NCBI GenBank assembly: GCA_041691035.1
Contig: JBEPVL010000004.1
Span: 10,186 to 74,185 of the forward strand
DNA from: Chlamydiota bacterium
Lineage (GTDB): Bacteria; Chlamydiota; Chlamydiia; Chlamydiales; Parachlamydiaceae
Reading direction: 5' to 3'
Length of the DNA: 64,000 nt
In this document: in pieces, positions 51,654 to 61,586 of the stretch
How the letters are laid out: each line of letters opens with the position of its first letter
Numbering within the stretch: position 1 is the first letter of the stretch
Notes under the pieces: model-generated
The model's database searches: none
What the model saw: only the letters and a program-made list of their open reading frames with translations
What the model was told of the DNA's origin: nothing
Program-made: the position numbers and the translations under genes

Positions 51654-53381
51654 ATGAAAACTATCAAAACATCAGTTCTTATTATCGGTACTGGTGGTGC
51701 AGGGCTCCGATGCGCTATTGAACTTTTCCGGCAAAAACAAAAAAATATTCTAATTGTTGGAGACTGCAATTTTTGCGACGCCCACACTAAAGTTGCAGAA
51801 GGTGGTGTGAACGCCTCCTTTGGCAACATGGAAAATGAACCCGATAATCCTCTAGTTCATGCTGTTGATACGTTTCATGAAGGCAAGTATATTTCTAATC
51901 CTTATCTTGTCAAACTTTTAACGAATCATGCACAAGAAGCAATCGATGACTTGATTGACATGGGGGCCAATTTTCATAAAGAGCCAAATGGAAAAATAAG
52001 TCAAAGATATTTTGGTGCACATACTTATAGACGCACCATTTTTAAAGGCGACGAAACAGGCCAAGAAATCATGCGTGTCCTCTGCGAGCAGGTCAAAAAT
52101 TACAAGATTGCTCGTATGGATAATCTGTACATTTTCAAACTTCTCGTTGAAAATAATCATGTTTTGGGTGCAATTGGAATACAAAAAAATAAGTTTGTGA
52201 TCATTGAAGCGCCTATTGTGGTCATTGCTACCGGTGGATATTCAAATATTTACAGAGTTTCTTCTTCCAGGAATTTTGAAAATTTTGGCGATGGAATTGC
52301 TATGGCATTTGAGGCAGGGGCAGTTGTTGGGGATATGGAAATGGTACAATTTCATCCAACTGGTCTTGTTTATCCAGAAGAAGTGGTAGGAGAACTTGTG
52401 ACAGAAGCTGTTCGCGGGGAGGGAGGAGTTCTGAAAAATATAAATGGTGAACGCTTCATGGAGAGATACAGTCCAGTCAAAAAGGAGCTTTCAGCGCGTG
52501 ATGTTGTTGCACGTGCTAATTATATGGAAATTCTTGCAGGACGTGGTACCAAACGAGGCGCTGTATATTTGGATATTACTCATCGAAGTAAAAAATTTTT
52601 ACTTGAGCGTCTTCCCAAAATGTATCATCTGCTCAAAAAACATAACAATATTGATATTTCTAAAACTCCTTTCGAGGTTGCACCCATCGCACACTATACT
52701 ATGGGAGGTATCAGATTCGATCCAAAAACGCTGTGCACAAATATTACAGGTTTATATGCAGTTGGTGAGTCATCTATGGGGGTTCACGGCGGCAATAGAT
52801 TAGGAGGCAATAGCCTCATTGAAATTTTGGTGTTCGGAAAACTAATAGCGAAAAAAATTGCAAAGAAGAAGCTTAAACAACATCCAGTTTCATCTAGGCA
52901 ACTCAGCGATTTCGAAGAATTTGTAGTAAAAAATATTACAGAAAATGGCAAGCTCTCTAGTACAAAAACTCTTATTGATATCAGAAATATTATGTGGGAA
53001 TATGTGGGCATTGTTCGAACACAAGCGCGCCTTTCCAAAGCATTAGAACTTCTATCTAACATCAGAAAAGATATTGAAAAAAATGGTCTTGCTGACAGTG
53101 AAACACTTCAGCAAACAACTACTGACAAAATGCGAGTACATGCAGTTTTAGATTTAGCAGAGCTTGTGACAACTGGTGCATTGTCAAGAAAAGAAAGTCG
53201 AGGTGCGCACTTTCGAGAAGATTATAAAGTTCAGAAAAAGGTTTTCCTTAAAAATATATTTTTTCAGAAAGAAGAAAAAACGATCAAAACCTGGACCGAA
53301 AAAATTCCTACTTTGACAAAGCAATTTGAAAAAGCTTTAAAAAGAATACACCCCACTACCATTTATGGTCATTTAGAGTGA
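51654..53381 (+). CDS. FAD-dependent flavoprotein of the fumarate reductase/succinate dehydrogenase/L-aspartate oxidase family
   Basis: 575 aa. GTGGAGLRCAIE FAD-binding N-terminus, HYTMGGI and ESRGAHFRED motifs. No adjacent Fe-S subunit, so it is possibly an L-aspartate oxidase-like standalone enzyme. Confidence 0.7.
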   Translation: MKTIKTSVLIIGTGGAGLRCAIELFRQKQKNILIVGDCNFCDAHTKVAEGGVNASFGNMENEPDNPLVHAVDTFHEGKYISNPYLVKLLTNHAQEAIDDLIDMGANFHKEPNGKISQRYFGAHTYRRTIFKGDETGQEIMRVLCEQVKNYKIARMDNLYIFKLLVENNHVLGAIGIQKNKFVIIEAPIVVIATGGYSNIYRVSSSRNFENFGDGIAMAFEAGAVVGDMEMVQFHPTGLVYPEEVVGELVTEAVRGEGGVLKNINGERFMERYSPVKKELSARDVVARANYMEILAGRGTKRGAVYLDITHRSKKFLLERLPKMYHLLKKHNNIDISKTPFEVAPIAHYTMGGIRFDPKTLCTNITGLYAVGESSMGVHGGNRLGGNSLIEILVFGKLIAKKIAKKKLKQHPVSSRQLSDFEEFVVKNITENGKLSSTKTLIDIRNIMWEYVGIVRTQARLSKALELLSNIRKDIEKNGLADSETLQQTTTDKMRVHAVLDLAELVTTGALSRKESRGAHFREDYKVQKKVFLKNIFFQKEEKTIKTWTEKIPTLTKQFEKALKRIHPTTIYGHLE

Positions 53382-53519
53382 ATTTTATCATTGCAAACCG
53401 CATGTGAGCAGAAATAAATAAATTCTGTCTTTTATAACGCTGGCAACTTTTTATAGCAATTGCACGATCAGTGCAATTGCTATATGTTTTCCGATAGAGA
53501 ATACATGTTTTTTAAAATA

Positions 53520-53900
53520 TTAATGAGAGCTATGAGCTGGAGAACAAGACTCGGAACAGCGAGTACAAACTTCTGCACATTCTTGACAATGGTCAACTTT
53601 CATTTTTTTACACTCTTCTGCACATCTTTTACATATTTGTGCACAAAGATCCATGATTTGATGCTGGAATTCTGACTGAGTGCTTTTGGCTTTTATAGCT
53701 AGACTGCATACATCCGCGCATTCAGCACACAAAGCCGCTGTTTTCTTCTGACCTTCATCAACGCATTTTTTTGCACAAGCTGCACAAACACTCATGCATT
53801 CCATCATTTGTTGCATTTCTTTAGAATCAGTTTGAGGAAATGAAGCGTGTGAAGAACAGCAGCCTTTATCGTTTCCTTTGTTATTTTCTTTATTTTGCAT
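53520..53900 (-). CDS. four-helix-bundle Cys-rich copper-binding/storage protein (DUF326, Csp-like)
   Basis: 126 aa with about 20 Cys in CxxxC patterns across four predicted helices. Confidence 0.7.
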   Translation of the reverse strand: MQNKENNKGNDKGCCSSHASFPQTDSKEMQQMMECMSVCAACAKKCVDEGQKKTAALCAECADVCSLAIKAKSTQSEFQHQIMDLCAQICKRCAEECKKMKVDHCQECAEVCTRCSESCSPAHSSH

Positions 53901-54290
53901 AAAATTCTCCTTGAGTCATAGTGTTAATTAAAGAAGTAGATGCATTTGGTACGGTCCAAATGTAACCCCTTCTCCAATTCTGATAAATATCACAATGATT
54001 CTAAAAATAGCTATGCATATCCCTCTACCCTTAGGGTTAGCAATTGTTTTCATTATAGGCAAATTTAAGATTTAGAAAAATTAGGTAGGAGGTGGATTAA
54101 ATAAATTATTTATAAATTATGATGCATGGATTTCGTTTTTTCCATATCTCCTGGTCGCATGGCAAAGTCACCAAAATGAGCAGATAAAAGGATGCTAGCC
54201 ACAAGCGCCACAAGTGTTAAGACACTCACTGCCACTAATTGTAGTCTTGTTACAGCCAATTTCATGTTCTTTTGAACTTTCATATTTTTA

Positions 54291-54536
54291 CTACATTTCC
54301 ATTTTATTGTGTTTAGATGTAATTTTTTGCCCGCCTTTTCCTAATACTCGCTCTGTTCCCATACCATGCTTAAGCTTGTTAGCCACTAACCAATAATTAA
54401 TTGGGTAAGCTGTCATGCAACCAATAATATTAGCAAGTGGCATTACACCCCAAAAACTAAGGTTTGTAGCTTCCATTGCAGACATGTCCTGACTCATTAA
54501 AATTACCATGACTGGAATCATTCCTACCATTACCAT
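54291..54536 (-). CDS. small membrane protein downstream of copA (hypothetical)
   Basis: 81-aa ORF abutting the copA stop, followed by another 57-aa hydrophobic ORF at about 54117-54282. Confidence 0.3.
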   Translation of the reverse strand: MVMVGMIPVMVILMSQDMSAMEATNLSFWGVMPLANIIGCMTAYPINYWLVANKLKHGMGTERVLGKGGQKITSKHNKMEM

Positions 54537-56828
54537 TTATAATTTAATCCTACGTAGTCTTAAAGCATTACCAATAACGGAAACAGAACTTAAGCTCATT
54601 GCAAGTGCAGCAATAATGGGATTGAGTAACAATCCTGTAAAAGGATAGAGCAAGCCTGCAGCAATAGGAATACCCAGTGCGTTATAAATAAATGCAAAGA
54701 ATAAGTTTTGACGAATATTACGCATCATCGCATGGCTTAAATGGATAGCTTTTACAATTCCCATTAAATCGCCTTTAACTAACGTCACATCTGCGCTTTC
54801 CATTGCTACATCCGTTCCAGTTCCCATGGCAATTCCTACATCAGCAGCAGCCAAGGCTGGAGCATCATTGATTCCATCGCCTGCCATTGCTACATAACTA
54901 CCTTTACCCTTTGCTTGCTTAACAAAATCTTGCTTATATTGAGGCTCAACTCCTGCATGGACTTCATCGATGCCTAGCTTCTTACCGACAGCTTGTGCTG
55001 TTTGTTCATTATCCCCTGATAGCATAACGATTTTTTGCCCTAGTTCATGGAGTTCTCGGACAGCATTGGGGGTAGAATTTTTAATAGGATCACTAACTGT
55101 AATCAATCCTGCTGCTTTTCCATCAATGGACACAAACATGACTGTTTGCGCTTGCTCTTGCAGAATCTGCGCCTGTTCTTGAAGAGACATTAAGCCTTGA
55201 ATTTTTCTATTTTGCAAAAGATTGAGTTTGCCAATTACAATTTCATGATTTTCTACATTACCACTTATCCCTCCACCTGTAATGGAGATAAAATTATCAA
55301 CTTTTGGGATGATTAGGGACCTATCTTTTGCTCCTTGAACAATGGATGTAGCTAAGGGGTGTTCGCTATTTTGCTCCACTGCCGCTGCTAAACGAATAAG
55401 ATCATTTTCAGACCATTCTCCAGTTGTTATAATCTTTGTCAATTTAGGCTTTCCCTCTGTCAGAGTACCTGTTTTATCTACAATAATTGTTTTGACTTTT
55501 TCTAATTTCTCTAATGCCTCAGCATTTTTAATTAAAACACCAGCTTCTGCTCCTTTTCCCATACCCACCATAATCGACATAGGCGTAGCAAGGCCAAGTG
55601 CACATGGACAAGCAATAATTAAGACAGCTATTGCATTGACAAGGCCATAAGCAAAAGAAGGTTCTGGTCCAATGAGTGCCCAAATAATAAAAGTTAAAAT
55701 AGCCACTAGAATAACTGCAGGTACAAAATAAGCCGAAACTTGATCCGCTAAGCTTTGAATAGGTGCTCGACTTCTTTGTGCTTCAGCAACCATCTGAACA
55801 ATTCGAGAAAGAAGTGTTTCACTCCCTACTTTTTCTGCACGCATCAAAAAACTTCCCGTCTGGTTGATTGTTCCGCCTGTGATCAAATCATCTACTGTTT
55901 TTTCAACAGGCATAGGTTCGCCTGTAATCATCGATTCATCAACTAAGCTTTTGCCTTCAGTAATTTTACCATCGACAGGTACCTTATCTCCTGGACGGAC
56001 CCGCAAAAGATCTCCTACTTGAACTTGGTCAATCGAAACTTCAACTTCTTCTCCATTACGGACAACCCGAGCCGATTTAGCAGCTCTGCCTAGAAGTGCT
56101 TTAATGGCTTGACTTGTTTGGCTTCTGGCCTTTAGCTCTAAAACTTGACCCAGTAGGACTAAAACAGTAATGATGGATGCCGTTTCAAAATAAATAGGAA
56201 TTTCTCCGTGATGACGAAAGGAAGGTGGAAAAATATGAGGGAAAAATAATGCCACGACGCTAAAAACATAAGAAGTGCCAACGCCCATGGCGATTAAACT
56301 AAACATATTAAGATGACGATTAACAACAGAATGATAGGCTCTTTCAAAGAAAGGCCAACCCGCCCATAGAACAACAGGAGTACTTAAAACAAATTGAATT
56401 AGACGGGATAATTGAGGGGAAATAAATCGGTCAAAAGAAGGAACCATGCTACTCATCGCAAGGATCAGTATAGGAATACTTAAAACAAGACCTATCCAAA
56501 ATCGTCTCGACATGTCGCGATATTCAGAGTTATCAGATTCAGCTCCCACTGATTTGAGTTCTAATGTCATTCCACAAATAGGACAATTTCCTGGATGATC
56601 TTGCACAATCTGCGGATGCATGGGACAGGTATATTCCGTCGTAGAATCCATAGCTTGATTTTGTTGTTGAGATTGCAGATGCATATATTTTTCAGGATCC
56701 TTTTTAAAGCTATCTAGGCAACGTTTGCTGCAAAAAACATACTGTTTGTCTTGATGGCTACTTTTATATACACTCTGATCTGGATCAACCATCATGCCGC
56801 ATACAGGATCTAATTGCTCTTTTGCCAT
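54537..56828 (-). CDS. copA: copper-translocating P1B-type ATPase with N-terminal YHS/TRASH and CxxC metal-binding domains
   Basis: 763 aa. CGMMVD YHS motif, CPICGM, and CPC, DKTGTLT and GDGINDAP motifs. Confidence 0.9.
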   Translation of the reverse strand: MAKEQLDPVCGMMVDPDQSVYKSSHQDKQYVFCSKRCLDSFKKDPEKYMHLQSQQQNQAMDSTTEYTCPMHPQIVQDHPGNCPICGMTLELKSVGAESDNSEYRDMSRRFWIGLVLSIPILILAMSSMVPSFDRFISPQLSRLIQFVLSTPVVLWAGWPFFERAYHSVVNRHLNMFSLIAMGVGTSYVFSVVALFFPHIFPPSFRHHGEIPIYFETASIITVLVLLGQVLELKARSQTSQAIKALLGRAAKSARVVRNGEEVEVSIDQVQVGDLLRVRPGDKVPVDGKITEGKSLVDESMITGEPMPVEKTVDDLITGGTINQTGSFLMRAEKVGSETLLSRIVQMVAEAQRSRAPIQSLADQVSAYFVPAVILVAILTFIIWALIGPEPSFAYGLVNAIAVLIIACPCALGLATPMSIMVGMGKGAEAGVLIKNAEALEKLEKVKTIIVDKTGTLTEGKPKLTKIITTGEWSENDLIRLAAAVEQNSEHPLATSIVQGAKDRSLIIPKVDNFISITGGGISGNVENHEIVIGKLNLLQNRKIQGLMSLQEQAQILQEQAQTVMFVSIDGKAAGLITVSDPIKNSTPNAVRELHELGQKIVMLSGDNEQTAQAVGKKLGIDEVHAGVEPQYKQDFVKQAKGKGSYVAMAGDGINDAPALAAADVGIAMGTGTDVAMESADVTLVKGDLMGIVKAIHLSHAMMRNIRQNLFFAFIYNALGIPIAAGLLYPFTGLLLNPIIAALAMSLSSVSVIGNALRLRRIKL

Positions 56829-56830
56829 GC

Positions 56831-56989
56831 TTATTTCCTTGAGATGTATTGATTTGGATTTTGCCTAAATTTGTTCAAGCATTGCTGGCTACAAAATACA
56901 TATTGATTCTCTTGGTATTCGGTTTTATACTGAGCTTTGCTTGAATCAACATTCATTCCGCAGATAGGATCTTTAGATTGGGTAGCCAT
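56831..56989 (-). CDS. small YHS-domain protein (52 aa), unlisted ORF upstream of copA
   Basis: Minus-strand translation [52 protein letters not shown]. Parallels the copA N-terminal YHS domain. Its stop is 2 bp before the copA start. Confidence 0.6.
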   Translation of the reverse strand: MATQSKDPICGMNVDSSKAQYKTEYQENQYVFCSQQCLNKFRQNPNQYISRK

Positions 56990-57143
56990 AATAAACCTTC
57001 TAAATTTAATGGGTTACGTTAACAAGCACTATCCATTATGGAGTATAGACATCCTCTTTTCTAAATTAGTCTAATGTTACATATGCCAGAAATAATAGAT
57101 GCACACAATAAAATCTAGTTTAGCTTAAATCCTCAGTGCAATG

Positions 57144-57199
57144 AATTACGCTAATTTTACGCACTCGGTGGGAAAAGAGTGGCATAAATTAGCGTAAAT
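57144..57199 (+). promoter_or_regulatory. TTACGC(T/A)AAT boxes (two direct, one inverted) upstream of att copy 2
   Basis: AATTACGCTAAT, TTTTACGCAC and the inverted AAATTAGCGTAAAT. Same motif family as 10064-10111 and 10381-10399. Confidence 0.45.
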
Positions 57200-57283
57200 G
57201 AGCACAATTGGCACTTTAAAAAACCGCTAATTTCACTGTGCCTATGTACTCTCTTTTACGCTCATCTAAGGAAGAACAAGCGA

Positions 57284-57325
57284 CTCATAACTCGCTGGTC
57301 GCTGGTTCAAGTCCAGCTTGCCCTA
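57284..57325 (+). repeat. partial tRNA-Met(CAT) 3' half; att site copy 2
   Basis: Same segment as 9986-10027 with two mismatches (CTCGC, TTGCCCT). The similarity extends into the flanking ACTTTTTC. No 5' half is present. Confidence 0.85.
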
Positions 57326-57809
57326 CTTTTTCTTTTATAGCTTAGGAATATGTGTGAAGCGGAATCTTCAATTAACATCAATTTAGATGAAGAGCTAGAA
57401 AATGCCGTTTGGACCACTGGTGGACCACTCATCACCGAGAATGGATGCATGAAGAAAATATTTATGACCGTCTGCCCTTTGACAAAAGTCTTTAAGAGGC
57501 AGTGTACAGAATTTTGTGTAAATAAATCTTGAGGGAGGGAAGACTTTATCCTTCCCTTCAAGAGCAACGAAGCGAAACCCTTTAAGATTAAATCCCAAAA
57601 CCATCATTTCTTCTACCTTCTATCTTTGGGCTCTTCCATCTATCTTGTTTCTTTCTGCCGACTAACTTGGCTCCAAAATCATCGACCTTTCTCTATATAA
57701 ATCCCTTTCTCTACCTTCTATCTTTTTGATTGTACTCTCTATCTTTTTTATGATTTACATCACGTATATTTTTGTTGTTAAGTGATTTACAGAACTTTAG
57801 AGAAGTTCT

Positions 57810-58058
57810 ATGAATCGAAAAGCTTTACAAAGGAAACATCATATGTCTGATGAATCAAAAATAACCAAAACTCGACTTATTCCATTAACCGAATGGCCTA
57901 AATATCATGAATGGCCACCAATTGGAGGGCTACGTCATCTTGTGTTTTATGGAAGTAATACAGGTTTCAATCAAGTGATTAAGCGGGTAGGTCGACGAGT
58001 TCTTATCGATGAAAACGCTTTCTTTGATTGGGTCAATACAAACAATCCAAAACTCTAG
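57810..58058 (+). CDS. AlpA/excisionase-family HTH protein (paralog of 13025-13234 product)
   Basis: IKRVGRRVLIDENAFFDWV C-terminal motif. The start may be at the internal Met12. Confidence 0.55.
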   Translation: MNRKALQRKHHMSDESKITKTRLIPLTEWPKYHEWPPIGGLRHLVFYGSNTGFNQVIKRVGRRVLIDENAFFDWVNTNNPKL

Positions 58059-58069
58059 GAGGTGAAGAA

Positions 58070-58435
58070 ATGGAATTAAATAATTTTTCTATTAAAAGCC
58101 CTCGCCAATTGCGAGCTATTGAAGTTTTAGTCGAAAACGATGTGCGTGTTCAAGATTTGGGTTCTATTATTGGAGCTTTGAATCCACGTCAGACTGTTAT
58201 GGAACTCCGTAGACAAGGCTTCTACGGAATCATTAAGACTCGACGCTTTAGAGAAAAAGATAGAGATAAAAGGACTTGTTGGCCTGGAGAGTACTATATT
58301 CCTCAAGAATATAAGTTTATTGTAACGGAAGTCTTAAAAAAACGCGCTACCTCGGTTTGTGAGATTTCCGAGGCAGCTAAGAACAATATCCATTCTCATT
58401 TATATGTTGAGGAGGTTAAAAAATGCAAGAATTGA
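58070..58435 (+). CDS. hypothetical protein (121 aa)
   Basis: GGAGGTG RBS before the internal ATG at 58070. Overlaps the downstream gene start. Confidence 0.4.
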   Translation: MELNNFSIKSPRQLRAIEVLVENDVRVQDLGSIIGALNPRQTVMELRRQGFYGIIKTRRFREKDRDKRTCWPGEYYIPQEYKFIVTEVLKKRATSVCEISEAAKNNIHSHLYVEEVKKCKN

Positions 58436-59916
58436 ATTCCTCAACTAAAAATTGGAATCCTCCCATTCCTCTAGAAGAAGAGGCCCATCTTTTACCTTGG
58501 CTAGATAATGTTTATCCAGAGCCTTTTAATGCTTTTATCAAAGAGCTATCAAGGTCCACGGAAACCCCAATTGAACTAAGCGCCTCATTGCTTCTTGCAG
58601 TAGTTGCAACAGCTGTTCAAACAAGTTATCAAGTGCAAATTAAAGAGGATTATTACGAACCTCTTTGCGTATGGGTTTTGCCGATTTTACCTCCAGGCGA
58701 GAGAAAATCTCGTGTCTATACAGAAATTACCCTACCCTTGAAAGAATGGGAATTAGAGCGAAAAAAGCTTATGGACCCAATCATACAATCAGCAGCCAGT
58801 AAAAATAAAACAATGGAGGTGCGTTTAAAAGAATTGAGAAATAAAGCAGCTAAGGCTGAGGGAAGTAATTTTTCTGCAATTCAACAACAAATTGAAGCAT
58901 TAGAAAAAGAAATGACGCCTATTCCCTCTCATCCACGAATTTGGACAGGCGATATCACTCCAGAACATTTAGGAACCCTTATGGCTCTTAATCAAGAGTG
59001 TGCGTCAGTACTAAATGATGAAGGGGGCATCTTCAATATCTTAGCAGGCCTTTATTCGGATGGAAATCCAAATATAGACCTTGTTTTGCAGGGTCATGCC
59101 GCAAGTCCAGTGAGAGTTGATAGAGGCTCAAGAGAATCTGTGATTTTGAATCGACCTGTTTTAACTATAGGAATAACTGTACAGCCTCAAACTATCAAAG
59201 AAATTTGTTCAAATAAAACATTTCGTGGCAGAGGCTTACTAGGACGCTTTTTATATGTGATGCCAAAATCAAAAATAGGCTTGAGAACTTTAGAAGAGCC
59301 TTCTATTTCGCAAGAAGTAGTGAAAGAATACAGGGAGGTAGTTAGAACTCTTTTAAAGTTAAAAGAAGCAAAAGGCAAGCCACAACTTTGCAGTTTAAAG
59401 CTATCCATTGAGGCTTACCAAAAATGGAAAGAGTATGCAAAGGTTATCGAAATGTTAATGGGTGAAGAAATTGGAAAACTCACTCATATGACAGATTGGG
59501 CAGGAAAATTAGCTGGAGCGATTGGAAGAATGGCTGGATTAATTCATTGCATGAGATATGCAAATAGCTATCCAATGGACCATGAGATTTCTTTCAACGA
59601 TATGCATGCAGCTATTAAGATTGGGCATTGCTTGACAAATCATGCTGTGGCTGTATTTGACCTGCTGCATCAAGATGGAACAGTACCCATAGGAAGGCAG
59701 CTTTTAAACTGGATTAAATATGAGAAGCGTACTCAATTTAAGTTTCGAGATGTACAGAGGAAATTCAGACGTTTTAAGAAAAGCGAACTGGAGCCAGTTT
59801 TAACTCTTCTTAAAGAGCATGAAATACTTCAAGAATGGGAATACAAACCTGATAATGGGAGACCAAGCCGTATGTTTGATGTTAATCCGCTTATATTTGA
59901 AACTGAGAATTCATAA
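58423..59916 (+). CDS. DUF3987 (YfjI-like) island protein
   Basis: 497 aa. Sits in the alpA-yfjI-like arrangement known from CP4-57-type islands. GGAGG RBS. Confidence 0.5.
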   Translation: MQELNSSTKNWNPPIPLEEEAHLLPWLDNVYPEPFNAFIKELSRSTETPIELSASLLLAVVATAVQTSYQVQIKEDYYEPLCVWVLPILPPGERKSRVYTEITLPLKEWELERKKLMDPIIQSAASKNKTMEVRLKELRNKAAKAEGSNFSAIQQQIEALEKEMTPIPSHPRIWTGDITPEHLGTLMALNQECASVLNDEGGIFNILAGLYSDGNPNIDLVLQGHAASPVRVDRGSRESVILNRPVLTIGITVQPQTIKEICSNKTFRGRGLLGRFLYVMPKSKIGLRTLEEPSISQEVVKEYREVVRTLLKLKEAKGKPQLCSLKLSIEAYQKWKEYAKVIEMLMGEEIGKLTHMTDWAGKLAGAIGRMAGLIHCMRYANSYPMDHEISFNDMHAAIKIGHCLTNHAVAVFDLLHQDGTVPIGRQLLNWIKYEKRTQFKFRDVQRKFRRFKKSELEPVLTLLKEHEILQEWEYKPDNGRPSRMFDVNPLIFETENS

Positions 59917-59933
59917 AAAAAATAATAACCTAA

Positions 59934-59994
59934 AGGACAAAAGGGACAAAGGGACAAAAGACATATAGTTTTGTCCCTTTGTCCCTTTTGTCCC
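59934..59994 (+). repeat. long perfect hairpin (about 26-bp stem, 7-nt loop) built from GGACAAA(A)G triplicate repeats
   Basis: AGGACAAAAGGGACAAAGGGACAAAAG acatata GTTTTGTCCCTTTGTCCCTTTTGTCCCT. No downstream U-run. Confidence 0.8.
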
Positions 59995-60022
59995 TAAGAT
60001 GTCAAAAAAGGAGATAATATCG

Positions 60023-60535
60023 ATGACAACCTTAAAACAAATTGAAGCCAATCGTCGCAATGCTCAGCATTCAACTGGCCCAATCACTCTACAAGGCAAA
60101 GATAAATCCAGTCAAAATGCAATCAAATATGGGCTATTTTCGAATGCCCCTTTAATTACGGGTGAACAAGAGGAGGAATTCAACCTTTTTTCAAATGAAA
60201 TTTTGAGCTTTTTAGTGCCTCAAAATGGCATTGAATCAATTTTAGTAGAAAGAATCATATCATGTGCCTGGAGACTTAGAAGAGTAACAAGGATTGAATC
60301 AGATATGATGCATGAGTCGCTCAAGTTTGGATTTCGTCATTCTCTTCCTGATTTATTTACAAACGGTGGTGAGAAAATTATAGCTCTTTCTCGCTATGAA
60401 ATGATATTAGAAAAATCTCTGTACAAAGCCTATAATGAGCTTCTAAAATTACAAAGTATTAGGCAAGGGATGGCTGTTTTACCGCCCATATCGGTTGACC
60501 TTAACCTGTCTCAAGAAAATGGGTTCGTTTTGTAA
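60023..60535 (+). CDS. hypothetical protein
   Basis: AAAGGAG RBS before the internal ATG at 60023. No motif recognised. Confidence 0.4.
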   Translation: MTTLKQIEANRRNAQHSTGPITLQGKDKSSQNAIKYGLFSNAPLITGEQEEEFNLFSNEILSFLVPQNGIESILVERIISCAWRLRRVTRIESDMMHESLKFGFRHSLPDLFTNGGEKIIALSRYEMILEKSLYKAYNELLKLQSIRQGMAVLPPISVDLNLSQENGFVL

Positions 60536-60698
60536 CTTTCCGTTTTCTCTGAACGATGCTTCTATCAGGAATCTCGACTAAGAAGACTTTATCCTTATTT
60601 ATAATCTCATTCTTTCTGGATTTTTCCTCTTAAATCAGATATACTCACTACTTTAAAGATACTAAAATTTATTTAAGATTGAAATTGGTTAGTTTCAC

Positions 60699-61157
60699 AT
60701 GAACTCTGAAATATTTGTTTATAATAAGAAACCTAAAGACTTTTATCCTAAAGTAGAAGTTGCGGCAATTTATTTAAATGTAAATGAGAAGCTTTTGCTT
60801 CTTGAACTTAGTGCTGATAAACAAGAAAAAGGGTCATGGGGAGTTCCTGCGGGTAAGTTAGAGATAGGTGAAAGACCCTCACAAGCAGCTAAAAGAGAAT
60901 TATTAGAAGAAACAGGTATAGATATTGAAGCTGAAAGTTCTTTTCATCCCTTAGGTGAGCTGTATATTCGTAAACCTGAAATCGATTATATCTATCATCT
61001 CTTTGGAGTCAATCTAGAGAACTCACCTGCAATTAGTCTATCCTCTGAACATTGCTCGTATCGATGGGTTTCAAGATTTGAAGTAGAAAGTTTACCCTTA
61101 ATGAATGGTGCTAAACTGGCTTTGGAAACGTATTTTCAACGCTCAGTAAAAAAATAG
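60699..61157 (+). CDS. NUDIX hydrolase
   Basis: 152 aa. Nudix box GKLEIGERPSQAAKRELLEETGI. Confidence 0.75.
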   Translation: MNSEIFVYNKKPKDFYPKVEVAAIYLNVNEKLLLLELSADKQEKGSWGVPAGKLEIGERPSQAAKRELLEETGIDIEAESSFHPLGELYIRKPEIDYIYHLFGVNLENSPAISLSSEHCSYRWVSRFEVESLPLMNGAKLALETYFQRSVKK

Positions 61158-61184
61158 AGGTCTGAAGGCACTGTTAATGTTTAT

Positions 61185-61586
61185 TTGATTTTAATGAAAG
61201 ATGCAGACGTTCTTTTACATCTTCGGCAAAATACGGGTTATTTGGATAATTATTATGGATTGATAGCTGGTCATGTAGAGGATGGGGAATCTGCTACAAC
61301 TGCAATAATTCGAGAAGCCTATGAAGAAGTAGGAATTGAAATAGCGCCCTCAGCTCTCAAAGTCGTTCACGTTATGCATAGGCAGACTAATCGGTTAAAC
61401 ATCGACGTTTTTTTTGAATGTTGTGAATTTAAAGGGCAAGTTACAAATAAAGAGCCTGAAAAATGCGAAGCACTCAATTATTTTCCCTTAAAACATTTAC
61501 CCATCAACACAATTGACTACATTCAGATTGCTTTACAAGCGATTGGAGAAAAGAATTTTTATTCTGAGCATGGGTGGCATCAATGA
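61185..61586 (+). CDS. NUDIX hydrolase
   Basis: 133 aa. Nudix box GHVEDGESATTAIIREAYEEVGI. Confidence 0.75.
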   Translation: MILMKDADVLLHLRQNTGYLDNYYGLIAGHVEDGESATTAIIREAYEEVGIEIAPSALKVVHVMHRQTNRLNIDVFFECCEFKGQVTNKEPEKCEALNYFPLKHLPINTIDYIQIALQAIGEKNFYSEHGWHQ

